From Bifidobacteriaceae bacterium (GTDB lineage Bacteria; Actinomycetota; Actinomycetes; Actinomycetales; WQXJ01), in the NCBI GenBank assembly GCA_031268215.1, contig JAIRXP010000051.1:43992-107991 (forward strand): a stretch of 64,000 nucleotides of DNA, read 5' to 3'. The position numbers and the translations under genes are program-made. Below the pieces are notes generated by a model, which had not been told where the DNA came from, did not search any database, and saw nothing but the letters and a program-made list of their open reading frames with translations. This document shows positions 9,695 through 18,032 of this stretch, piece by piece; the first letter of the stretch is position 1; every line of letters starts with the position of its first letter.

Positions 9695-10837
9695 ATCAGC
9701 GAACCTCGAATCAACGACCGCATCAGGGTGCCTGAGGTGCGCCTGGTTGGCCCCGGCGGCGAGCAAGTTGGGATTGTCAAACTGGATGTGGCGTTGCGTT
9801 TGGCGGCTGAAGCGGACCTTGACTTGGTTGAGGTGGCCGCGGAGGCCCACCCGCCGGTCGCCAAGTTGATGGATTACGGCAAGTACAAGTACGAATCGGC
9901 CCAGAAGGCCCGCGACGCGCGGCGTAACCAGGCCAACACCGTGCTCAAGGAGATTCGTTTTCGGTTGAAGATCGACCCGCATGATTACGGCACCAAGAAG
10001 GGCCATGTGGAGCGGTTCCTGGGACAGGGTGACAAAGTCAAAGTGATGATCATGTTCCGGGGTCGCGAGCAGTCGCGCCCGGAGATGGGTATGCGGTTGC
10101 TCCACAAGCTGGCCGAAGAAGTGGCCGAGTTAGGGACCGTTGAATCCGCGCCGCGCCAGGATGGGCGCAACATGGTGATGGTGCTGGCGCCAGTCAAGAA
10201 GAAGGCCGCTCGCGCTCCAGGCCGCAAGCGCCAGCGTGACGGCGGCTCTGGGTCGCACCACGAGCACCACGAACGCCAAGAGGCGGAGGGTTTTTCTGCC
10301 GATGCCGTCGGGGCACCTCCAGCTCCCCGCACCGAAGATTTGACGCCGTCAGCGCCCGTCGAGCCGGAGGAACTGGCTCCGGCGCAGGCAGCCGCGCCGG
10401 AGACCCAGGCCGCGTCGGCAGAAGTAAGCACGGTAGCGGAGACGGCTGAGACAGAAGCTGTGGCCGCGGTGGAAGCGGAAGAAGTAGCTGAGACAGCGGA
10501 GACAGAAGCTGCGACTACGCCGTCCACGCCGCCAGCGGAGTCCAAGTCTGCGGCGGCTCCAACTGCTGCGGCGAAGCCTGCCGCAACGCCCAAACCGGCC
10601 GCAGTGCCTAGGCCCGCCGCGGCGCCCAAGCCGGCTGCCGTGGCCAAACCGGCTGCCGTGGCCAAACCGGCGGCAGCGCCCAAGCCCACTGCGCCGGCGC
10701 CTAAGCCGGGCGGCGCCGCCAAGCCGTCCCCGCCGCCCAAGTCAAGAACTCAGCCCGCCAAGCCGAGGACGGCTAAACCGCGTTCTGCCCCCGCCGGCCG
10801 GACGCGATCAACAGAAGAACCGACTAAGGAAAGCTAA
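9695..10837 (+). CDS. infC: translation initiation factor IF-3 with a non-AUG (ATC) start and a long low-complexity C-terminal extension
   Basis: The track ORF starts at GTG 9728, but the frame stays open upstream and encodes [11 protein letters not shown], the conserved IF-3 N-terminus. AAGGAG at 9683-9688 lies 6 nt before ATC 9695. Core motifs: [31 protein letters not shown] tail of about 210 aa rich in A, P, K and E follows. Confidence 0.85.
   Translation: MSEPRINDRIRVPEVRLVGPGGEQVGIVKLDVALRLAAEADLDLVEVAAEAHPPVAKLMDYGKYKYESAQKARDARRNQANTVLKEIRFRLKIDPHDYGTKKGHVERFLGQGDKVKVMIMFRGREQSRPEMGMRLLHKLAEEVAELGTVESAPRQDGRNMVMVLAPVKKKAARAPGRKRQRDGGSGSHHEHHERQEAEGFSADAVGAPPAPRTEDLTPSAPVEPEELAPAQAAAPETQAASAEVSTVAETAETEAVAAVEAEEVAETAETEAATTPSTPPAESKSAAAPTAAAKPAATPKPAAVPRPAAAPKPAAVAKPAAVAKPAAAPKPTAPAPKPGGAAKPSPPPKSRTQPAKPRTAKPRSAPAGRTRSTEEPTKES
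10631..10666 (+). repeat. perfect 18-nt tandem duplication inside the infC tail (ccggctgccgtggccaaa x2, encoding PAAVAK x2)
   Basis: Read directly from the sequence. It sits within a wider degenerate PAA(x)PK and AETAETEA repeat region. Confidence 0.9.
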
Positions 10838-10841
10838 TACC

Positions 10842-11036
10842 ATGCCGAAGAATAAGACGCACTCCGGTGCTAAGAAGCGTTTCCGGGTTACCGGAACGGG
10901 CAAGATCATGCATGAACAGCCGGGCATGCGGCACAACTTCGAATCGAAATCATCGCACCGCACGCGGCGACTGTCCCAGGACAAGGTTTTGGCCAAGGCC
11001 GACCGCCGGGGCGTCAAGCGCCTGCTGGGCCGCTGA
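10842..11036 (+). CDS. rpmI: 50S ribosomal protein L35
   Basis: 64 aa, MPKNKTHSGAKKRFRVTGTGKI, canonical position after infC. Confidence 0.95.
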   Translation: MPKNKTHSGAKKRFRVTGTGKIMHEQPGMRHNFESKSSHRTRRLSQDKVLAKADRRGVKRLLGR

Positions 11037-11063
11037 GCTAGTTGAGGGTAGAGGAGTCAGACA

Positions 11064-11447
11064 ATGGCAAGAGTCAAGAGGTCAATCAACGCGCGCAAGA
11101 AGCGGCGCTCCGTACTCGAGAAGGCTTCGGGCTACCGTGGACAGCGCTCGCGTTTGTACCGCAAGGCCAAGGAGCAAGTCCAGCATTCCGGCAATTACGC
11201 TTACCGCGACCGGAAGGCCCGCAAAGGCGATTTCCGGCGTCTGTGGATTCAGCGGATCAACGCTGCGGCCCGGGCGAATGGCATGACTTACAACCGGTTC
11301 ATCCAAGGTTTGCACCTGGCTGAGATTGAGGTTGACCGTCGGATGCTGGCGGAAATCGCTGTCACCGATCCGGCGGCCTTCACGCAACTGGTGGCTGAGG
11401 CGAAGAAAGCCTTGCCAGCCGACGTCAACGCACCAGTCGTCGCCTAG
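11064..11447 (+). CDS. rplT: 50S ribosomal protein L20
   Basis: 127 aa, [15 protein letters not shown]...[22 protein letters not shown]. Confidence 0.95.
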   Translation: MARVKRSINARKKRRSVLEKASGYRGQRSRLYRKAKEQVQHSGNYAYRDRKARKGDFRRLWIQRINAAARANGMTYNRFIQGLHLAEIEVDRRMLAEIAVTDPAAFTQLVAEAKKALPADVNAPVVA

Positions 11448-11482
11448 ATCGCGCTGGCTACCGATTCGGGTCTGGGCTGGAT

Positions 11483-12313
11483 GTGTTGACTAATCCGGCC
11501 TCGGACCGGGTCAAGCGAATTAGGCGCTTGGCCCGGCGTCCAGGCCGCGATGACACTGGTGAACTTCTGGTCGAGGGCCCCCAGGCTTGCCGTGAAGCAG
11601 CCCTGGCCGGGTTGGTGCGGGATCTTTACGCGACGCCTCGGTCACTGGCCTTATACCCTGAGGTCGGCGCTGCCGTGCTGGCCTCAGCTGGACGGTCGCA
11701 TGAGGCCTCCCCAGATTTTGTGCGGGCGGTTTCCTTAGCTTCTCAGGGCATGGTAGCTGAGGTGCGCGATCCCTGGGCGGGGTGGACCGTCGCGGACGGG
11801 TTGGCGGCTTGCCGGCCGGCGGCCGGCTCGCCGGTTGGGCTTGTCGCCGTATTCGAACAGGTCAGGGATCCCGGTAACGCCGGTACCGTCATCAGGGCCG
11901 CCGATGCCGCCGGGGCAGATCTTGTCATATTCGCGGATCAGTCGGCTGATCCGACCGCGCCAAAAGTGATCCGGGCCTCGGCTGGCTCGTATTTCCACGT
12001 GCCTGTCGTGCGGGCAGGACCGGTGGCAGGATTGCTGGCGCAATTGCGGGCGTCCGGGCTGCGGGTGGTGGCGGCGGACGCCTCCGGATCTGTGGTCTTG
12101 GGCTCGGCCAGGCTCAGCCAACCGACCGCTTGGTTGTTTGGCAACGAGGCCCGCGGTTTGACTGCGGGGGCGCGGACTGGCTCGGACGCGGTGGTGCGGA
12201 TACCGATTTACGGGCAAGCCGAATCGCTCAATTTGGCCATGGCCGCGACTTTGTGCTTGTACGCCTCAGCGTCGCAGCGGCGGCTGAGCCCCAGCCGGGA
12301 GCGCTCCCGGTGA
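11483..12313 (+). CDS. TrmH/SpoU family RNA 2'-O-methyltransferase
   Basis: 276 aa. C-terminal SpoU methylase motifs (DPGNAGTVIRAADAAG, FGNEARGL, IPIYGQAESLNLAMA). Synteny after rplT resembles the mycobacterial tsnR position. Confidence 0.85.
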   Translation: MLTNPASDRVKRIRRLARRPGRDDTGELLVEGPQACREAALAGLVRDLYATPRSLALYPEVGAAVLASAGRSHEASPDFVRAVSLASQGMVAEVRDPWAGWTVADGLAACRPAAGSPVGLVAVFEQVRDPGNAGTVIRAADAAGADLVIFADQSADPTAPKVIRASAGSYFHVPVVRAGPVAGLLAQLRASGLRVVAADASGSVVLGSARLSQPTAWLFGNEARGLTAGARTGSDAVVRIPIYGQAESLNLAMAATLCLYASASQRRLSPSRERSR

Positions 12314-13605
12314 AGCGGTCATCCAAAGACATCTTCAAGGGCGCCCCAAGAGCGCGGACGGTCATCCTGACAGCGGTGATCGCGGTGTTGTTGGGCGCCG
12401 GCGGAGCCGTTGGCACGTGGGCACAGGCGACCGCCAAGGCTGTGGCCGCTGACTTTGGCGAGCTGGAACCCACGGATGGGCTATATGTGATCACGCCGGG
12501 CCAGTTGATCACTGTGGGCTGGTCTTCGCAGCCGGCCGGCCTATTCATGGACAAGGTCACGCTGGAGTCGGGTGAGCCCGCGGTGATACGTGTCTTGGGC
12601 GATGGCAACCAGTTCACTGTTGAGGGCGTGGCGCCGGGAGAAGCGACCATCACACTTAGTTCCGCGCGCCGCCGAGCCGTCCAGGAGTACTCGTTCGTTG
12701 TCTCAGTGCTTCCGTCTGGCCTGACCGGCCTGCCAGCGGATCTGGTACTGAACGTTGACGAAACCAGCCAGTTGGAGCCAGTGATTGAGCCGGCGGAATC
12801 CGCCTATCCGGTCGTGTTCGCGTCAGACAACGATTCGGTGGTCACCGTAGACCGGTGGGGTGAGGTGAAAGCGACCGGTGCCGGCGATGCGACTATAACC
12901 GCTGCCTGCGGCCCCATCGCGGAGCAGATCGCGGTCACTGTACGGCCCAGGGTTGAGTCAGTGGTCTTGCCGGAAGCCTCGGCAGCGCTGGTGCCGGGTC
13001 AGACCTATCAGCTCAAGCCGGTGATTGAGCCGGCCGATGCCGGTGATCAAAGCCTGACGTACTCTTCGAGTAATCCGGCGGGGGCAACGGTTGACGGCAA
13101 TGGTTTGGTCACAGCCCGGTGGGATGCCCGCTTATCGAATGATGCCACCATCACTGTGAAGTCTGCGGATGGACCCTCGGCGGAGTTCTCCGTCCAATGG
13201 TCCAATCCCTATGTGCCCGGACCGGGGAAACAAAGCACTAAGATTCCGGGCACGCCCTTCCTTGTCACGCCAATGGTCTTCGGCTCGCCGGTGCCAGATT
13301 GCGTAGGTCTGACTGTTGGCTACTCCCTGGTCGAGGCGAGTTCGGACGCCGTTTTCGATGAACTCATGAAGGGAAGCTTTGACTTGTGGGTAGCTAGCGG
13401 TTCAGCGAACTGGGCAAAGGTCGGTACGTTCAAGATGGATGGATCTGAATCGACGACAATTCCGGCCGCTTTCTCCGCCCGGCGGGTCTCTCAGTTCGCC
13501 GTTGTGCCATCCAATTCACCGGCCGAACAGGGTGCCAACTGGAACTCCACCTTCACGATCAGTGACGTGCTGTTCGCCGGCCAAGAGCTGGCCGCGGACA
13601 CCTGA
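12310..13605 (+). CDS. membrane-anchored surface protein with bacterial Ig-like (Big_2-type) repeats
   Basis: GTG 12310 overlaps the upstream stop; track ORF 12130 is an over-extension into the methyltransferase gene. N-terminal anchor TVILTAVIAVLLGAGGAVGTWA. Repeated Big_2-like segments (VVTVDRWGEVKATGAGDATITAA; ATVDGNGLVTA...ATITV). Confidence 0.7.
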   Translation: MKRSSKDIFKGAPRARTVILTAVIAVLLGAGGAVGTWAQATAKAVAADFGELEPTDGLYVITPGQLITVGWSSQPAGLFMDKVTLESGEPAVIRVLGDGNQFTVEGVAPGEATITLSSARRRAVQEYSFVVSVLPSGLTGLPADLVLNVDETSQLEPVIEPAESAYPVVFASDNDSVVTVDRWGEVKATGAGDATITAACGPIAEQIAVTVRPRVESVVLPEASAALVPGQTYQLKPVIEPADAGDQSLTYSSSNPAGATVDGNGLVTARWDARLSNDATITVKSADGPSAEFSVQWSNPYVPGPGKQSTKIPGTPFLVTPMVFGSPVPDCVGLTVGYSLVEASSDAVFDELMKGSFDLWVASGSANWAKVGTFKMDGSESTTIPAAFSARRVSQFAVVPSNSPAEQGANWNSTFTISDVLFAGQELAADT

Positions 13606-14148
13606 GGCAGGCGCCAGCGATCAGTGCCGTTGCCGTTGAACACGCGCCAGGGATTCCAGTTTTCCCAGGACGAGGAGTACCTCGGCCCGCGCCGCCGCCA
13701 GGCGAAGGCCGGGAATACGCGAAGTAGTCATCATCATGTCGCCGTACACTCGATTCAGCGGAGAGTGCGTACAACGAAGTACTGGTAAAAGGGGCCGGGC
13801 TTGGGTAGTGGGCCAAGGCGCGGTGATTCACGGGATCATGTTCGTAAGAAGGGGGGCGTAATGGATGCAGAAGCGCTGCCTCGCGTGCAGGGACTTGTTG
13901 TGTTCTGCCGGTATTTGGGCTGTTCGTCTGACCAGTCGGTGGGTGAGTCGTCCGGATACGGATTTGGGATCGAACGGCGGGTGCGGTTGGGGGAATCATC
14001 GAGGACGGTCAGACATTGGAAGCGCGGCGGCACACGGTTGAGAAGCTGCGGAAGCTTGGCGTGTTCACAACTGCTGAGAGGCTCGCCAACGTGCCAGTTG
14101 AGGTCGTGTTGCCACCCGAAGCAAATCCCGACGCGCCCGCCCGCGATT

Positions 14149-15186
14149 CTAGTTCTCCCAAGACGAGTCGACCCATTCGTTGAGCTTTGGGGCGCTCCAG
14201 ATCTCGGCATCCGCTGTGACCAGTCCGCCAGCGATCACACCGACCACAGGAACCACCGGGCCAGCCGCCGCGCCAAAGTTGAAGGCTGTCACCACACCCG
14301 ACATGGTGGCCGTCGCGAGGGCTTCGGCGCTGGTACCGGCCACAGTCCTCCCGGCCCCCTGCGACACGACGCCTTGATTAAACGATTCGCCGTCTTTCAT
14401 ATCCTCGGACACGCCCAGATCGGTGAACCCAGCTCCAACGATCACACCGGAGGCTTTGAGTTTCACGGCTTGGGAACCTAGGACGGTGGAACGCTGCGCG
14501 AGTGTCGCCAGCTCGGGCGTGTGGCTGCCGGCTGATTCCGCCAGGCCCTTTGCGACGTCCGCCAAGCGGTGGGACTTGTATTGGGTCTTGGCTGACAAGA
14601 GGGAGGCTGCCAGGCCGGAACTCCCGCCACCGACGGCGGCAAGGTCCTTAACCCCGAATTGCTCGATTTCCGCTGAAATGTCCTTGAGACGGTCGGTAGC
14701 CTGTCTCAGGTCTTCGAGGACTGTCGCGAAGCGCTTGACCATGTCGTCGAATCTCTGACTCAGTCTGGCCGCGTCCACTAGATCCCAATACCGCGAAGGT
14801 TCGGCGGAACTCAGGGCGTGATCCGGGTATTCGGCATCCGGCGGACCGGTTATGACATTACCGTCGACCTTCAGGCCAAGACCGGCTGCTTCATCCAAGA
14901 GTTTCTTGACCTGGGACTGTGCCTCTTCCAGAGCGGCCGCGTACTCGCGGATGCCAGCGCCCGCCATCTCCGCGGCCTCCATCATTCCGCCAGTGAGTTC
15001 TCGAATCTCACTCATCCGGGCGCTGAACGCCTCGGCGGCTTCACCCCTCCATCCGCCTGTGTCGATGCACCTGGTGGCCATCCTCTTGGCCGCCTCAAGC
15101 TCGGCGCCTAGGTTGTAGCGCAACCAGCTGGCGGAGGCGAAAAGGGCGTCCGGATCGCCTTCAATGCCCACGTCTATTGACATCAT
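14149..15186 (-). CDS. WXG/LXG-like putative type VII secretion substrate with a glycine-zipper hydrophobic C-terminus (candidate membrane-acting toxin)
   Basis: 345 aa. GGAGG lies 7 nt upstream of the ATG. Helical N-terminus with W46-R-G48 (IDTGGWRGEAAEAFSARM). C-terminal segments ASGVIVGAGF and GAAAGPVVPVVGVIAGGLVTA with GxxxG/AxxxG spacing. Confidence 0.55.
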   Translation of the reverse strand: MMSIDVGIEGDPDALFASASWLRYNLGAELEAAKRMATRCIDTGGWRGEAAEAFSARMSEIRELTGGMMEAAEMAGAGIREYAAALEEAQSQVKKLLDEAAGLGLKVDGNVITGPPDAEYPDHALSSAEPSRYWDLVDAARLSQRFDDMVKRFATVLEDLRQATDRLKDISAEIEQFGVKDLAAVGGGSSGLAASLLSAKTQYKSHRLADVAKGLAESAGSHTPELATLAQRSTVLGSQAVKLKASGVIVGAGFTDLGVSEDMKDGESFNQGVVSQGAGRTVAGTSAEALATATMSGVVTAFNFGAAAGPVVPVVGVIAGGLVTADAEIWSAPKLNEWVDSSWEN

Positions 15187-15216
15187 GATGGTTCCTCCCC
15201 CTGCTGGCTTGCCTAG

Positions 15217-15720
15217 CTATTCCGCAGAAACCCAGAAGAGGCTGGTGAATTGGGAGCTTAGCTGGTCCTCATGGGCGGATGCCTCTTCCTGGAAGGTATC
15301 CAATGATGCCGCCACCGCGTCTATCAGTTCCAGGAGGTTCGCGGTCGATTCGGACAAGAATAAGACTTGGCCGGCGGCCTCGACTGTTCCGGGGTCGCTA
15401 GAGGAAGGAATCCGAGGCATGGAATCCGCCATCGTGTCGACTTCCTGGGAACTCCTCCGAAGGTCCTTCAAGAGATCTTCGGTGCTGAAACGGTCTATGC
15501 CGAAGAAGCGGGGCGGTAACGCCGGGGTTCCAGGCCCCGGAGCGCTCTGAAGAGGGGGAGAAGCGGTACCGGCGGTGCCAGTCGGCGCCGGGGAAGCCCA
15601 CCAAGACGGGTCATCCTCGCCGGGTGGCCGGAGGAGATTCCCAAGCAGCCAACCGTCCCCGTTGTCTGCCATGGCCGGATCGGCGGCGGGGCCGGAGTCG
15701 GCGGCATTCGACGCGCTCAT
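15217..15720 (-). CDS. hypothetical protein (Pro-rich disordered N-terminal half, helical C-terminal half); possible secretion partner
   Basis: 167 aa. ATGA start/stop overlap with the upstream gene, 30 nt upstream of the toxin-like gene. C-terminal helix LLELIDAVAASLDTFQEEASAHEDQLSSQF. Confidence 0.5.
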   Translation of the reverse strand: MSASNAADSGPAADPAMADNGDGWLLGNLLRPPGEDDPSWWASPAPTGTAGTASPPLQSAPGPGTPALPPRFFGIDRFSTEDLLKDLRRSSQEVDTMADSMPRIPSSSDPGTVEAAGQVLFLSESTANLLELIDAVAASLDTFQEEASAHEDQLSSQFTSLFWVSAE

Positions 15721-15998
15721 GGCTGCTCCAGACCCCGCGCCTCGGGCGGGATTAATTGATCAACCAGGATCACGTCGAACGGACTGAGGTTGCGGATAGC
15801 TGGGATGCCCTCCCGTTTGACCAGAATCCATTCCGTGCCGGGGCCGGCGCCGTCCTGAAGGCGGTCTAAGGCGGTGTATGCCATCAGTGCGACCTGCCCA
15901 ATCTCGGTGCGCTGCAGAGCGATCCGCCGTTCTTCCGCCCTGGCGTCCCACAGGCACGGCACATATACAACGGGCGGTAAATCAAAGTGCTCGGTCAT
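15717..15998 (-). CDS. small SseB-like / SAV_915-like protein (tentative)
   Basis: Internal ATG (MTEHFDLPPVVYVPC...) gives 93 aa; track ORF 15717..16187 over-extends into the UbiB gene. The pattern YVP...AL.AYT.LD.L...G....W..V.....I......D.ILVD resembles small actinobacterial SseB/SAV_915 proteins (from memory). Confidence 0.4.
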   Translation of the reverse strand: MTEHFDLPPVVYVPCLWDARAEERRIALQRTEIGQVALMAYTALDRLQDGAGPGTEWILVKREGIPAIRNLSPFDVILVDQLIPPEARGLEQP

Positions 15999-16132
15999 CG
16001 GGCTTGAGTCCTTTGGTCCAAGGGTCCAGAACTGTGTTTGACCAAGCCTAGCAGCGTTAGCGGGCAGCCGAAGCTGGTTGGTGGCGCTAAGTGGGTGCGC
16101 GACGGGACCCGCCCTTAGTCCTGCGCTCCATT

Positions 16133-17980
16133 TCAGCGCCCTTGTCCGTGCGGGGACCGGCGCCGCCGTTCGCGCCCAGACGGCCATTGGAACAACATGA
16201 TCAACCCGCCAAGTCCGGTGAGGCTGGCGCCCAGGGGCACAACTAGGCCCGCGACCAGCAATTGAACACCGCTCAGGACCACGATGCCGCCGGTCACCGC
16301 CTTGACAATACGTCCCGTTTGGCGGGCTTCGGTCCGGGCCATGGAGTCGCGTTGCGCCCGCGATAGCCTGACAACCAACTCACCACGGTTGGCCTTGGCG
16401 GCCGCTTCGGTCAGGTTCCGGCCCGTGTCCAGGGCGCCGCTGGCCGCTCGGCGTGGCACCGCGAAGCTGTCCGCGCTCAGCCACCGCGCTAGCCCAGTCA
16501 GGCCAGTCAGCCATCCAGGCTCTCCCGGCGGTCCTTCGTCACCAGGCCCAAAGCCGGCTCCCGGGCCGCCGTTCCCACCCGGCCCGGATGTCCCGAGGAC
16601 GGAGTCGAGCCACCCAAGCCACGGCCCAGCTCCAGGCAGCCCACTAAGCCCACTAAGCCCACCAAACCCGCCGGCGTCCGCCACTGATTCGCGGATCAGC
16701 GGCACCAGCTCTTCCATGAGATTCATCTCCGGATCGAGTTGCAGCGCCACCCCGATCAAGTTGATCAGCGTCTTGCCCAGGAAGGCGGTCTGCCCCGGTA
16801 GCTGGAATGGCTGGGAATACATGAACAGCCGCAGTTCCTCGGTCGTCTCCTGGTCAAGCGGCTTCTTTCGGCTGCCAGCGCCCAGGATCTGGTCCACAAT
16901 CGGTTCAAGGGCCTTGGCCAGCAACTCCTGGTCAGCGTCTTTGTGCAGGAAGCCCATTCGGTCAAGTAGTTGGGCAGCGGTCCGCCAGTTGCGATTGAAC
17001 AGCGCCAGAGCGAGTCGGGGCGCGTCACCGGACAGCTTCTCCGGAACGGTCCCAACCATCCCGAAGTCAATTAGCTCAATAACCCCGTCCTGCCGGACCA
17101 GAATATTGCCCGGGTGCGGATCAGCGTGGAAAAAGCCGTCGCGCAGGATCATTCGGAGATACACGTCCAGCAGATCCCGAGCCAGTTGCCGGCGGTCAAT
17201 TCCGGCCGCGTCGAGCTGGTCGAGCGCGCTGATCTTGACCCCGCCCATTAGCTCCATGGTGAGAACTCGCCGCCGGGTCCAGTCCCAGTAAACGCGCGGC
17301 ATGTCGATATTCGGGTTGAGCAGGAAGCTGGCCTGGAAACGTTCTATATTGCGGGCTTCGGCCTCCATGTCGAGTTCGGCCAGCAGCGTGTCTTCAAACT
17401 CGGTGTAAAACATCTCCAGATCAAGATACTTGCCTGCGCTGGTCAGCCGTTCGAGCCAGCGAAGGATCGTCTTCAACGACCGCAAATCGGTTCTGACCAG
17501 TTCTTCTATGCCGGGCCGCAAGACCTTGACGGCGACTGGCGCTCCGCCCGGTAGCTGTGCCCGGTGGACCTGCCCGAGCGATGCCGCAGCGACCGGCTGG
17601 TCGTCAAAAGACCGGTACGCGACCGCCATTTCTTGGCCCAGTTCACGCTCAATCTCCGCCCTTATGGCAGCGACTGGCACCGCCGGGACGGCATCTTGCA
17701 AGCGCGCCAGTTCAATGGTGTATTCAGTGGGTAACAAATCGACCCGTGTCGAAATATGTTGGCCGAGCTTGATCACTAGTCCGCCCATCTGGGTGGCCAG
17801 TCGCACAAACGTCTGTGCTTGGGCGGCGTAGAGCCGGTGGCGCCGCTGCGCTAGCTGCTTCGGGCTCCTGAACCGACTGGTTTTCGCCAGCCACCACAGT
17901 TGCAAAGCGAAACGCATCGCTATCTGCAGCGTCGCCCGGTAACGGGCCATGCCCGTCAGACGCGAAAAGTCCTTAGCCAT
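16133..17980 (-). CDS. ABC1/UbiB (AarF) family atypical kinase with a C-terminal Gly/Pro-rich region and TM helices
   Basis: 615 aa. ABC1 kinase motifs (AAASLGQVHRA, VAVKVLRPG, FHADPHPGNILV, IDFGMVG). Confidence 0.88.
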   Translation of the reverse strand: MAKDFSRLTGMARYRATLQIAMRFALQLWWLAKTSRFRSPKQLAQRRHRLYAAQAQTFVRLATQMGGLVIKLGQHISTRVDLLPTEYTIELARLQDAVPAVPVAAIRAEIERELGQEMAVAYRSFDDQPVAAASLGQVHRAQLPGGAPVAVKVLRPGIEELVRTDLRSLKTILRWLERLTSAGKYLDLEMFYTEFEDTLLAELDMEAEARNIERFQASFLLNPNIDMPRVYWDWTRRRVLTMELMGGVKISALDQLDAAGIDRRQLARDLLDVYLRMILRDGFFHADPHPGNILVRQDGVIELIDFGMVGTVPEKLSGDAPRLALALFNRNWRTAAQLLDRMGFLHKDADQELLAKALEPIVDQILGAGSRKKPLDQETTEELRLFMYSQPFQLPGQTAFLGKTLINLIGVALQLDPEMNLMEELVPLIRESVADAGGFGGLSGLSGLPGAGPWLGWLDSVLGTSGPGGNGGPGAGFGPGDEGPPGEPGWLTGLTGLARWLSADSFAVPRRAASGALDTGRNLTEAAAKANRGELVVRLSRAQRDSMARTEARQTGRIVKAVTGGIVVLSGVQLLVAGLVVPLGASLTGLGGLIMLFQWPSGRERRRRSPHGQGR

Positions 17981-18032
17981 AGAGTCAATTCAGACGCCCG
18001 ATGCCGTCTGGGCGGTCCGCTTATCTCCTCGC

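Noticed and set aside
9320-10105. Long antisense or shadow ORFs throughout the window. Examples: 9320..10105(-), 9985..10740(-), 16284..17291(+), 24229..24990(-), 27300..28253(-), 42564..43637(+), 42679..43269(+), 56312..57073(+), 59930..60661(+), 5451..6074(-), 800..1456(-).
   Set aside because: Each lies opposite, or out of frame with, a gene carrying clear family motifs. The translations are Arg/Pro/Gly/Ser-rich with no motifs. High GC suppresses stop codons, so such ORFs are expected by chance.
10380-10740. Repeat-rich nucleotide stretch that could superficially resemble a repeat array or CRISPR.
   Set aside because: The repeats are short (18 nt or degenerate), contiguous and in-frame inside the infC ORF, encoding PAAxKP and AETAETEA. 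There are no unique spacers.
13559-14481. ORFs 13559..13999(-), 13801..14481(+) and 13836..14210(-) as possible immunity or accessory genes.
   Set aside because: They have no plausible start or RBS and an Arg/Pro/Cys/Ser-rich composition. Two overlap the well-supported toxin-like gene, and none is hydrophobic or domain-like. The region itself is kept as a finding, not these ORFs.
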